A DNA stretch of 64,000 bases from Hydrogenophilales bacterium. GTDB taxonomy: Bacteria; Pseudomonadota; Gammaproteobacteria; Burkholderiales; Eutrophovitaceae. The DNA lies in contig CACOJS010000003.1 of the NCBI GenBank assembly GCA_902627495.1, positions 42,895 through 106,894 on the forward strand, read 5' to 3'. A model generated the notes under the pieces. The model was not told the DNA's origin, made no database searches, and was given only the letters and a program-made list of their open reading frames with translations. The position numbers and the translations under genes were made by a program. This document shows positions 10,707 through 19,671 of the stretch, piece by piece (the first letter of the stretch is position 1; every line of letters begins with the position of its first letter).

Positions 10707-11156
10707 TTGATGGATCTAAAGACTAGCATTGGCAAAGATATAAAGGATGCCATGAAGCAAAGGGATGGATCCCTTCTCGGTGTTCTGAGAATGGCAACTG
10801 CCGAGATCAAGCAGGTTGAAATTGATAATCGAAGAGAGGTGACAAATGATGATGTGTACGTCATTTTACGAAAAATGGTTAAACAAAGACAGGAATCTCT
10901 GTCCCAATACCAGAGGGCAGATAGACAAGACCTGGCGAAGCAAGAGGCTTATGAGATAAAAGTTTTGTCCGGCTATTTACCAATTCCTCTCGCTGAATCG
11001 GAACTAGATAACATTGTTAGTGAAGAGATTGCCAATAGTAGGGCCGAGGGGATAAAAGATATGGGCCGAGTCATTAAAGCACTAAAAACCAGATTAGGTG
11101 CTCGGGCAGACATGGCGGTGGTTTCTAAGATTGTGAAAAGCAAGTTATTATCCTAA
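10707..11156 (+). CDS. GatB/YqeY domain protein
   Basis: DIKDAMK, KQVEID, KMVKQRQES, DMGRVI, RADM motifs; lies between rpsU and dnaG. Confidence 0.93.
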   Translation: MMDLKTSIGKDIKDAMKQRDGSLLGVLRMATAEIKQVEIDNRREVTNDDVYVILRKMVKQRQESLSQYQRADRQDLAKQEAYEIKVLSGYLPIPLAESELDNIVSEEIANSRAEGIKDMGRVIKALKTRLGARADMAVVSKIVKSKLLS

Positions 11157-11264
11157 CCGAGTGTACCAAATGCGGAGCACAATACTTTTAGTTACTAGAA
11201 TTAAACAAGTTACTCGTTCACGGTCAAATATGACTGATTTCCAATTGCCCAATGGTTACTGAGT

Positions 11265-12989
11265 ATGATTCCTCAGTCGTTTATTCAAGATCTAATCGAG
11301 AGACTGGATATTATTGATGTTATTGGTGGTTATCTTTCTCTAAAAAAAAGAGGAGCCAATTATTTAGCGAAATGCCCCTTTCACAATGAAAAAACTCCGT
11401 CATTTACAGTCTTTCCTGAAAAAAATAATTATCATTGCTTTGGATGTGGGGCCCACGGAAATGTGATTGGTTTTCTAATGGAGTATCAAGGTATTACTTT
11501 TCCTGAGGCTGTAAGTGAATTGGCAGACAGTGTTGGCTTGTTAGTGCCAAACAATAGAGTCGATAGCCAACATCTCACTAGTAATCGTAAAGATATCGAT
11601 ACGGTGTTGTCGATAGCGACAAAGTATTATGAGCAGCAGTTGAAGGAGTCGGAAACGGCGATCAATTTTCTTAAAAATAGGGGTCTCACAGGGTCAATTG
11701 CTAAGCTTTTTAATTTAGGATTTTCACCAAATAATACAAATGGATTGAGATCAGTTTTTGATGATTATGATAAAAACGAGTATTTATTGCAGGCAGGCTT
11801 AGTTATCAGAAAAGACAGCAATCAGATTTATGATCGTTTTCGCGGGCGTATTATGTTCCCTATTCACAATACGTATGGGAAAGTTGTTGGTTTTGGAGGT
11901 AGATCAATTGATGACGTGAACCCGAAGTATTTGAACTCTCCGGAAACATCAGCATTTAATAAGGGCCAGGAGCTTTATGGATTGTTTCAATCCAAAGAAG
12001 GAATCCGAAAATCTGACAAAATTATTGTTGTAGAAGGATACATGGATGTTGTTGCAATGTCGCAGTTTGGTATTAGGTGTGCGGTAGCTACATTAGGAAC
12101 AGCGACATCTGAATTTCAGGTTAAGAAATTATTGAGTAGAGCCGATAATATTATTTTTGCATTTGATGGAGATAAGGCGGGGCGAAAGGCCGCATGGCGA
12201 GCTATGCAGGCTAGCCTACCCATGATTGATGATGGCAAGTTGATATCATTTATGTTTTTTCCTGATGGAGAAGACCCTGATAGCTTTATTCGGCAGCATG
12301 GAGCTACTGCTTTTTGGAAGCACGTAGAAGCGGCTGAGCCGTTATCAGAGTTTTTACTAAGAGAGGCTAACTATGCCGTAAGCCTAGAGTCTACAGAGGG
12401 CAAAGCTAAATACCTAAAAGAAGTAAAAGACCTTCTTAGTAAAATTAAGGCTCCAAACTTATTTTTACTGATGCAAAAAAAAGTTGCTCAGCTAGTTGGA
12501 GTTTCGGTGGATGAATTGGCACTTGGTCAAAGAAAGAGGGTCAAACGAACTCTTGTGACTAATTCTGACTCCACGAGACCTCGAGTTATTAGTAAGATTT
12601 TGTCAATTATGTGTTCCCACCCGAATCTAGCTAAAGCTTGTAATTTGTCTCAACTGGTAGATTTCGAGGGATGTCAGCGGGAGCTAGCATCAAAAGATGA
12701 ATGGGATTTAATTTATTATCTTGTAAAAATTTCCCTAGAAGATAAAGAAGAGGACCTGTTGGAAAAGTTTAGAGGGACAAATACTGAGGGGCTGGTAGTT
12801 AAGGCTCAATCAGGTGCATACGCTATGGATACCTTATCTAATAAGGAGATGGAGGTGGAACTGAGGGGAGCTTGGGGAAAATTGATTGATCAATTGAAGT
12901 CTGTGAGAGTAAGTCAATTACTGGAAAAAAAAGAACTTTCTGGTACAGAAAAACAAGAATTGATGAATCTTCAGAGAAGACACCAGTAA
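11265..12989 (+). CDS. dnaG: DNA primase
   Basis: CPFHNEKTPSF...CFGC zinc finger, DRFRGRIMFPI, KYLNSPET, EGYMDV, FDGDKAG, DPD TOPRIM motifs. Confidence 0.98.
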   Translation: MIPQSFIQDLIERLDIIDVIGGYLSLKKRGANYLAKCPFHNEKTPSFTVFPEKNNYHCFGCGAHGNVIGFLMEYQGITFPEAVSELADSVGLLVPNNRVDSQHLTSNRKDIDTVLSIATKYYEQQLKESETAINFLKNRGLTGSIAKLFNLGFSPNNTNGLRSVFDDYDKNEYLLQAGLVIRKDSNQIYDRFRGRIMFPIHNTYGKVVGFGGRSIDDVNPKYLNSPETSAFNKGQELYGLFQSKEGIRKSDKIIVVEGYMDVVAMSQFGIRCAVATLGTATSEFQVKKLLSRADNIIFAFDGDKAGRKAAWRAMQASLPMIDDGKLISFMFFPDGEDPDSFIRQHGATAFWKHVEAAEPLSEFLLREANYAVSLESTEGKAKYLKEVKDLLSKIKAPNLFLLMQKKVAQLVGVSVDELALGQRKRVKRTLVTNSDSTRPRVISKILSIMCSHPNLAKACNLSQLVDFEGCQRELASKDEWDLIYYLVKISLEDKEEDLLEKFRGTNTEGLVVKAQSGAYAMDTLSNKEMEVELRGAWGKLIDQLKSVRVSQLLEKKELSGTEKQELMNLQRRHQ

Positions 12990-13142
12990 TTGCCCTAGTC
13001 TAAAACTTTTAATCACATAGATAAGTCCCTTCGATGCTAATATGCAGTATAATAGCGGGCTACGCTATTTTCCAAAATATTAATTGTATGAATTAAAAAG
13101 GAAAATTTTAAACTAGGTGATCAGTTAAACGGGAACAGTTCA

Positions 13143-15062
13143 ATGGCTCGAGGGAGAAAACGGAAGACAAAAACCGGTAACGGTAGAACAAGGGCGGAAA
13201 GAGTTCAGCTTGATGCTGAGACAAGAAGAGTTAGGCTAAAGAATCTCATTGTGACTGGTAAAGAGCGCGGTTATCTCATATATTCTGAAATTAACGATCA
13301 TTTGCCAGAAGATGTTTTAGATGCTGAGCAAATAGATGGGATAATTAGCATGATTAATGATATGGGGATTCAGGTCTATGACCAAGCACCTGACAATGAA
13401 TCTCTCCTCCTATCCGATAGTAGTTCCAGCGGTCCGGATGAGGACGCTGTTGCGGAGGCTGAGCAAGCACTATCTGCGGTTGACTCGGAATTTGGGCGAA
13501 CAACTGATCCAGTGAGAATGTATATGCGTGAAATGGGAACGGTTGAGCTTTTAACGCGTGAAGGTGAAATTCAGATAGCTAAACGTATTGAATCAGGTTT
13601 AAAGAGTATGATTTTAGCTATTTCCAGTTGCCCCATGACAGTTGCCCAAATTTTAGGACTGGGTGAAAGAATAGAAAAGAATGAAATGGGAGTAGAAGAG
13701 CTGGTCGATGGTATTATTGAGTTGGATAATGCTGAGAAATATGAGGAAGTTAGCGATGAGGAAGCTGAAAGTCGACTTGATGCTGAAGAGATAGAAGGAG
13801 AGGAGGATGACGCTGGTGAAAGTTCCAGGTTAGCAGAGCTGGCCCTTAGAAAAGATGAAACTCTGAAAAGATTTGGAAATATCCGTGTCCTGTTCACAAA
13901 AATGATGCAGGTATTGGCTAAGTCGAACAAAGTGACAGCCACCTATAAAAAATACTCCAAGCAAATATCTGACGAGCTAGCCGGTTTTAGGTTCTCGGCA
14001 AGACAAACAGAGAGCTTATGCGATCAAGTTAGAGGTTATATTGCCCAGGTTAGACAAGCAGAACGAAAAATTATGGCTTTGTGCGTCCAAAAGGCGGGTA
14101 TGCCCCGGACCCATTTTATCAAGATGTTTGTGGGGTATGAGGTCGATCAGAGTTGGGTGGATCGAGAGGCCAAGTTACGAAAAAACTACACCGAGAAGTT
14201 TGTTCGACATGTGCCTGAGATATTGGAGTTGCAAGATGGACTTAGAAAAATTCAGGAGAACACAGGAGTTTTATTGCCTGAGCTAAAACAAATAAACAAG
14301 AAAATGGCGACTGGGGAGGCAAGGGCACGGCGAGCAAAGCGCGACATGACAGAAGCCAATTTACGGCTAGTCATATCGATTGCGAAAAAGTATACCAATA
14401 GAGGCCTGCAATTTTTGGATCTGATACAGGAGGGTAACATCGGTTTGATGAAGGCAGTTGATAAGTTTGAGTATCGCAGAGGCTATAAATTTTCCACTTA
14501 CGCGACTTGGTGGATACGACAGGCTATCACAAGATCAATTGCTGATCAGGCACGGACAATCAGAATACCTGTACATATGATTGAGACTATAAATAAAATG
14601 AACCGAATTTCTAGGCAAATTCTCCAAGAAACCGGCTCAGAACCAGATGCTGCAACGTTGGCTGAAAAAATGGAGATGCCTGAAGACAAAATAAGAAAAA
14701 TTCTAAAGATTTCAAAAGAGCCTATTTCAATGGAGACTCCCATTGGTGACGATGATGATTCGCATCTCGGGGATTTTATTGAAGATACCGTTACGGTAGC
14801 ACCCTCTGAAGCCGCAGTTTATACGAGTCTCAAGGATGCAACTAGTGAAATTTTAGACTCTTTAACTCCCAGAGAGGCAAAGGTACTACGGATGCGGTTT
14901 GGTATTGAAATGTCAACTGATCATACTCTTGAGGAGGTTGGTAAGCAGTTCGATGTTACTCGAGAAAGAATCAGGCAGATCGAAGCTAAGGCACTCAGAA
15001 AACTGCGACATCCATCACGCTCCGACCGCTTGAAGAGTTTTCTTGATCCCAACAGTTCCTAA
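13143..15062 (+). CDS. rpoD: RNA polymerase primary sigma factor sigma70
   Basis: Region 1.1, [71 protein letters not shown]. Confidence 0.99.
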   Translation: MARGRKRKTKTGNGRTRAERVQLDAETRRVRLKNLIVTGKERGYLIYSEINDHLPEDVLDAEQIDGIISMINDMGIQVYDQAPDNESLLLSDSSSSGPDEDAVAEAEQALSAVDSEFGRTTDPVRMYMREMGTVELLTREGEIQIAKRIESGLKSMILAISSCPMTVAQILGLGERIEKNEMGVEELVDGIIELDNAEKYEEVSDEEAESRLDAEEIEGEEDDAGESSRLAELALRKDETLKRFGNIRVLFTKMMQVLAKSNKVTATYKKYSKQISDELAGFRFSARQTESLCDQVRGYIAQVRQAERKIMALCVQKAGMPRTHFIKMFVGYEVDQSWVDREAKLRKNYTEKFVRHVPEILELQDGLRKIQENTGVLLPELKQINKKMATGEARARRAKRDMTEANLRLVISIAKKYTNRGLQFLDLIQEGNIGLMKAVDKFEYRRGYKFSTYATWWIRQAITRSIADQARTIRIPVHMIETINKMNRISRQILQETGSEPDAATLAEKMEMPEDKIRKILKISKEPISMETPIGDDDDSHLGDFIEDTVTVAPSEAAVYTSLKDATSEILDSLTPREAKVLRMRFGIEMSTDHTLEEVGKQFDVTRERIRQIEAKALRKLRHPSRSDRLKSFLDPNSS

Positions 15063-15113
15063 ACATGTTAACTTATATGTCTCGTGCTGTTATAAAGTTA
15101 TAAATTTCAAATA

Positions 15114-15190
15114 GGGCCTGTAGCTCAGTTGGTTAGAGCAGAGGACTCATAATCCTTTGGTCGTAGGTTCGAGTCCTACCGGGCCCACCA
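15114..15190 (+). tRNA. tRNA-Ile2 (anticodon CAT, lysidine type)
   Basis: Cloverleaf with acceptor stem GGGCCTG/CGGGCCC, D arm GCTCAGTTGGTTAGAGC, anticodon arm GAGGA-CTCATAA-TCCTT, T loop GGTTCGAGTCC, encoded CCA. The Ile2 rather than Met call rests on resemblance to ileX and the position after rpoD. Confidence 0.93.
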
Positions 15191-15307
15191 TTTAAAACCT
15201 ACCGCTCCTTAAAGAGTAGCTTGTTGACATCTTATGCCGTTGGATGTCCGAAAAAACATATATTCACAACTCACATAGATCGTATCTTTTCCCTTCAGGA
15301 GTCTGCA

Positions 15308-15655
15308 ATGATTAGACGTTGTTTTTCAATTAATGTGCTTGGTTTAGTTCTTCTAGGATGCGGTGGGGATGCACCCGATACCAGTTCCCCCAACAATTCT
15401 GGTACGGTTCTGGACGGTTATCTATCCTCGGCTACAGTTTTTCTTGATTGCAATAACAATGGAGAACTTGACGCTGGTGAAATTTCGACGTTAACTGATG
15501 ACAACGGGCAATACTATTTTAATGTCGCCAGTTCTATCGTAAATTCCTGTGTGAAAGTTGCTAGGGCAACCGCTGGCGGTAGTCTTAATAATGAATTTGG
15601 CGGAGCTATTGGTGCACACGGTGATGATATTTATGTTCTAGGGTTGCCAGATTGA
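15308..15655 (+). pseudogene. Truncated or chimeric surface lipoprotein fragment
   Basis: AGGAG RBS, lipobox LLGC-GG, DGYLSSATVFLDCNNNGELDAGE..TDDNGQY motif typical of much longer surface lipoproteins; stops at 115 aa. Confidence 0.55.
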
Positions 15656-16161
15656 GTCAAGCTATTTATCGAATCACAGGTATTGAAAAACGTAAATTCT
15701 ACTTAACTGGTCATCGATTTATTTGGTGGGTTGTTTTGCTTCTTATTACCGAAAATATTTTTGCTGAGGAACTACTGACAAAAGTTAACACCGAAAAAAG
15801 TATTCAGGAAATTGCAGATAATATTGAGCTTCATGCCGGAACCTACAATTTAAGCATCTTTGGCTCTGTGAAATTCAATGACTTCAGTAAAGGTTTGGAA
15901 GACGTGGATACTGTCTCCAGTGCCACAATTGAGGTGATAGCTCCTCATTGGGTTAAAAAAGTAGGTGCAATTAATAAAGCAGCACTTTTCATTTTCCCTC
16001 TCCGAATCTTCATGTTACAAAATAAAGATCAGACTGTTTTATCATTTTTTTATCAAACGGAGTTGCTAAAATCAAATGGTTTTGAAAATGAAAAACTTTT
16101 AAAAGAAGTCGATAATATAAATAATAAATTTACGTATTTTCTGAAAACGCTTTTAAGGTAA
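15652..16161 (+). CDS. DUF302-like exported protein (start uncertain)
   Basis: Signal-like RFIWWVVLLLITENIFA, then a pattern ending P....V..INKAALFIFPLRIF that resembles DUF302. Confidence 0.5.
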   Translation: MSQAIYRITGIEKRKFYLTGHRFIWWVVLLLITENIFAEELLTKVNTEKSIQEIADNIELHAGTYNLSIFGSVKFNDFSKGLEDVDTVSSATIEVIAPHWVKKVGAINKAALFIFPLRIFMLQNKDQTVLSFFYQTELLKSNGFENEKLLKEVDNINNKFTYFLKTLLR

Positions 16162-16166
16162 ACCGT

Positions 16167-16199
16167 AAAATCTGGATTTCAGTGAACCAACCAGATTTT
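16167..16199. terminator. Inverted repeat between convergent genes
   Basis: AAAATCTGG (16167-75) and CCAGATTTT (16191-99). Confidence 0.4.
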
Positions 16200-16319
16200 G
16201 GTCACTTGATGTCTGACATGAACGTTAAAAATGGAGATGTGTTGGCTACGGATAGTTTCTGTCAGCCAATATAAGTTTCCAGTATGAGTAGTAGCTGAAC
16301 TAGACTTCAGGTATAACAA

Positions 16320-17147
16320 TCAATCGAAACATCTGTTACCAAATGGCAATTCCGGTACTGTCTTCCCTTTCTTAGTGTAATAAGTCCAACCTTCAGAAGA
16401 TACATCACGGCTTCCCTTGCAAGGACTCCCATCTCTCCGAAACACCATCCATTGACCAATTTCAACCCCCTCATCCCAATGTGCTTTGTATCTTAATTGT
16501 TCATGTTCCCAATATACCTCCCAAAGTCCATCCTCAAGACCACTTTTGTACCGTCCTCGCTGGGCTACGACTCCATGATCGTAATACTCAACCCAGATAC
16601 CTTCTCTCTCTCCATCTTTATAATGTCCTTTATTCCACAATTGACCATTGTGAAAGTATTCTGTCCAGAGCCCCTCTCGTTTTCCTCTTCTAAAGTGACC
16701 TTTTCCCCACTTACCACCATTAGCGTAATACAACTCCCAAAGACCCTCTCGACTTCCTCTTATATATTTACCTCGATTCCACAGCTGGCCATTTTCCCAG
16801 TATCCCTCCCACAAACCATGCCTAACACCCTTTATATAGTACCCCTTATCCGCCAACTGGCCATTATCCCAATATTCAAGCCATAGTCCTTCCTGTTTGC
16901 CATATTTCATTATTCCTGTTTTGATGCCAGAAACCTCACCCGTAAACGGTTTATCTGTGAATTTTTTGAAATAAAGACCATTTCTAAAAACCAGGTCATC
17001 AAAGAAATCAACCGTGGAAGCTCCTAAACAAAACGTGGGAATCGCATATAAACATATCAGGCAAACCTTTGTGCACCTGCAGAGAAAATTCAGGTCAAAC
17101 AAACGTGAAGCTCCTATTTCTGAATATTGCTTTTTAATAATCGGCAA
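16320..17147 (-). CDS. MORN-variant repeat protein (YwqK-like)
   Basis: Six to seven tandem 24-aa repeats of the form EGLW.EY..NGQL..KG.Y..G.R; KPFTGEV N-cap. True start probably downstream of 17147. Confidence 0.85.
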   Translation of the reverse strand: MPIIKKQYSEIGASRLFDLNFLCRCTKVCLICLYAIPTFCLGASTVDFFDDLVFRNGLYFKKFTDKPFTGEVSGIKTGIMKYGKQEGLWLEYWDNGQLADKGYYIKGVRHGLWEGYWENGQLWNRGKYIRGSREGLWELYYANGGKWGKGHFRRGKREGLWTEYFHNGQLWNKGHYKDGEREGIWVEYYDHGVVAQRGRYKSGLEDGLWEVYWEHEQLRYKAHWDEGVEIGQWMVFRRDGSPCKGSRDVSSEGWTYYTKKGKTVPELPFGNRCFD

Positions 17148-17399
17148 AAACCATGACTAACCGTTTTTGGCTGCACAGGTAATTATTATACAAATAACGA
17201 ATACAACTAACAAAACAAAAAATATATTTACTGCTCGGATGATGGGTATAGTGATTTGCGGGATAGCCAACTTGCCGATGAAGTTAGACCTCGGAAGATA
17301 CATTTTTTGAAAGACTATATGATTTAGAAATAGTTTGTATTAAATTAGATAATAGTAAATATAGAATAATAAAAAAAATCAAACTATGGCACATATAAG

Positions 17400-17636
17400 G
17401 TGCCTGTGGATAAAAGCACCAATGTCGTTGAACACAATTTTAGACGAAAGGTAGACAAGCCTGATTCTTTATTAAAGAAATTTATAGAAACCGTACGGTA
17501 TTTCGAGAGGCTAACTCTTTGTGGGATTGCTATACATAACACTAATCATGATTCAGGCAAGAGCGGTTATAAGAATCTCAAATTGGAAGCCTACCCGGAT
17601 AGCAAAGTCTGGTATCTCCAGAAGCAGAGGTTTTAG
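17400..17636 (+). CDS. Small hypothetical protein, possibly a remnant; has a degenerate paralog at 19229-19413
   Basis: ORF track; codon-level similarity to the second copy, with many synonymous differences. Confidence 0.5.
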   Translation: MPVDKSTNVVEHNFRRKVDKPDSLLKKFIETVRYFERLTLCGIAIHNTNHDSGKSGYKNLKLEAYPDSKVWYLQKQRF

Positions 17637-18496
17637 TGATATTTTTCTCGAAATTCCTTAATAAACGGTTGTAGATCTTCTTTCTTGGAAAGAACTCGAG
17701 AGCGTAAAGTAGTTGCTACGCCTTCGGCATATATATGAACCTCGTGTACACCTTGTATCATCATCATTTTCATAAACTCTACGCCTGGACCTCGGCTGGC
17801 AAACCGCATCGTATTTTCAAATCCTGTTAAATCATAAATTGGGTTTAGTGTAGTATAATTTGGGTCCATTTGTTCGTGATTGCATGGATTATTTACGTGA
17901 GCATATTTTCCGCATCCGAAACTACCTTTCAGCTCGTAAGTTTTAATCTGCAGCTCTTTCATCTCTTTTTCCGAGCCTCGAAGTCCCCATTGAACGACTC
18001 TATCTGTTCCAAGTGTATAGAAGCTCAGCGACAGTTCTCCAACGTACCATTCAATGACTTTTCTTTGAAGTGTGCCTCCTTTACTTTTAAAATGTACAGC
18101 GACGTCGTCTGCCTCCTCAGCACCTAGAATTCGATAGGTGTGACCGTACCACGCGTCTCTCAGCCAGGTAGGCTTTATGATTTCTTCCTCAATAGTGACA
18201 TCTGCGCCATCGACAAGAAAACTTTCGGCCTCAGCCCAAACATGATTATCCTCATTCCATAAGTCCTGGCGCAATTGATTTTCTTTTCCAACTTGAGTTA
18301 AGAGATCTCTAGCTTGTAGAATCGCGGCTTGTTTAGCATAGACTCTGGCAATGTATTTGGGTAGTGTTGTGTCTAGTTCGTCGACTAGCCTATTTACAGC
18401 ATCCTCTTTTAGTTCCTCATAAGTAGGGTCTTCTTGAGCAAAGCCTGCTGTGCCAATTAGTGTCAGTTTGATTAGGAGGATGATTCTAATTAACAT
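17633..18496 (-). CDS. Exported hypothetical protein, paralog of 58392-59162
   Basis: Signal peptide (TAGFA|Q); colinear similarity to the 256-aa protein at 58392. Confidence 0.8.
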   Translation of the reverse strand: MLIRIILLIKLTLIGTAGFAQEDPTYEELKEDAVNRLVDELDTTLPKYIARVYAKQAAILQARDLLTQVGKENQLRQDLWNEDNHVWAEAESFLVDGADVTIEEEIIKPTWLRDAWYGHTYRILGAEEADDVAVHFKSKGGTLQRKVIEWYVGELSLSFYTLGTDRVVQWGLRGSEKEMKELQIKTYELKGSFGCGKYAHVNNPCNHEQMDPNYTTLNPIYDLTGFENTMRFASRGPGVEFMKMMMIQGVHEVHIYAEGVATTLRSRVLSKKEDLQPFIKEFREKYH

Positions 18497-19034
18497 TATT
18501 TATCCTATTACATCTGCATCAACAATTGTGTAAAGGTTGAATATAGTAATAGCGATTCCATCTGTAAAGAAAAATAAGGGTTTTCAGGTGTTTTTGCTTC
18601 CAGTTTTTATGACATTCAGGCAAGTCAATCCACTCGCACCTCTGGGATGGTAGAAATAAAAACAGAAAAACTCTCACGGTGTCTATCCCGATGCCAGTTA
18701 CGGTTTTCCAAATAATAATACCCACATTAGTAGGGGAGGTAAAAAATACTTGACGAGAGGTATTTTCAAAACGCACCTAATCGTTTGAACAGATTAGCAA
18801 ATATATGATTGTAGCTAGTGAAAATAATAAATAGGCGGGACCCGAGGGTGAGGTTAAGTCCAGACGGTTTTAAAATGATAAAATAGACGTCGAGTGTTAA
18901 GTGCGACGTGATGCGTATATTGGTATTATTTGGTGAAGTGTCTTGTTGCCTGAAGACAGGAAAGAGACAGTACCACCTAATTTAGTCTTTGTTGGTCACT
19001 AAGTATCTGTAATTAAAAAAATTTAATAATATTG

Positions 19035-19119
19035 GAGCATAGGCCTCATAATCCGTTGGTCGTAGGTTCGAGTCCTTCCGAGCCCACCACTTAGAAACCT
19101 AATTCTCCTTAAGGGGTAG
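19035..19119 (+). repeat. Imperfect direct repeat of the tRNA-Ile2 3' part plus downstream flank (att-like)
   Basis: 19035-19089 matches 15136-15190 at 50/55 nt, including the anticodon loop, T arm and CCA. Similarity continues about 30 nt past CCA (tttaaaacctaccgctccttaaagagtag vs cttagaaacctaattctccttaaggggtag). Confidence 0.9.
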
Positions 19120-19228
19120 TAAGAAAAACCCATAAAGTTCATATATTTAGAGCACAAGTGTCTTGATGAGAGTTCTCTAATAGTTCATAATAATCCTTAA
19201 GGTTTCTTGATTCTAGGGTGCATAAGAG

Positions 19229-19413
19229 GTGCATATAGAAAAAACACGAACGTCATCGAGCACGATTTCAGGTGAGAGGTAGTAGACCAGCCCGATTCTT
19301 TATCGAGGAAGTTTATAGAAACCGTACGCTTTACGGAAAGGTTGACCTTCTCTGGGGTTGCCATCCCTAATACTTACCATGAGATGGGACCAAGCTATTT
19401 ATATGCGATATGA
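19229..19413 (+). pseudogene. Degenerate copy of the 17400-17636 ORF
   Basis: Reads TNVIEHDFR*EVVDQPDSLSRKFIETVRFTERLTFSGVAIPNTYHE against TNVVEHNFRRKVDKPDSLLKKFIETVRYFERLTLCGIAIHNTNHD. Has a 1-nt deletion near the start and a CGA>TGA stop. Confidence 0.75.
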
Positions 19414-19425
19414 AGGAGCATTACT

Positions 19426-19611
19426 ATGAGTCTTAGTAAAGAAATATTAATGGCAACTTGCTGGAGTGAGTACCGAAAGACAAAGGATATTGCCCACTTG
19501 ATAAGAGCTGTTGAGAATGCTCCCTTCTTTGGTCAGTCGGAGATGGGGCCTGAGATTGCAAGGTTGCTTGCAAAAGTGAGAATATCAAAAGGTTGGAGGC
19601 AACTTGTCTAG
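19426..19611 (+). CDS. Small hypothetical protein (61 aa)
   Basis: Strong RBS AAGGAG 7 nt before ATG; helical protein-like composition. Confidence 0.6.
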   Translation: MSLSKEILMATCWSEYRKTKDIAHLIRAVENAPFFGQSEMGPEIARLLAKVRISKGWRQLV

Positions 19612-19671
19612 GATCTGTTATTGGTCATCTAATAGTCTTGTCGAGAGGCTAAGGTACAGCAACTTATAGAC

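Larger units (their letters stand above)
15191..19089. mobile_element. tRNA-Ile2-anchored genomic islet (~3.9 kb), no integrase visible
   Basis: Flanked by the tRNA 3' part and its imperfect direct repeat at an offset of 3899 nt; cargo is hypothetical, surface-type or fragmentary genes. Confidence 0.7.

Noticed and set aside
18519..18776. 85-aa minus-strand ORF as an integrase or excisionase remnant
   Set aside because: No recognisable recombinase or HTH motif and no clear RBS; unsupported.
19035..19089. Second functional tRNA gene
   Set aside because: It lacks the 5' acceptor strand and most of the D arm, and the T-stem and acceptor positions carry mismatches; it is a 3' fragment.
17400..19413. 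Duplicated segment as a diversity-generating retroelement TR/VR pair
   Set aside because: Differences are not adenine-specific (many T/C and synonymous changes) and no reverse transcriptase is present.
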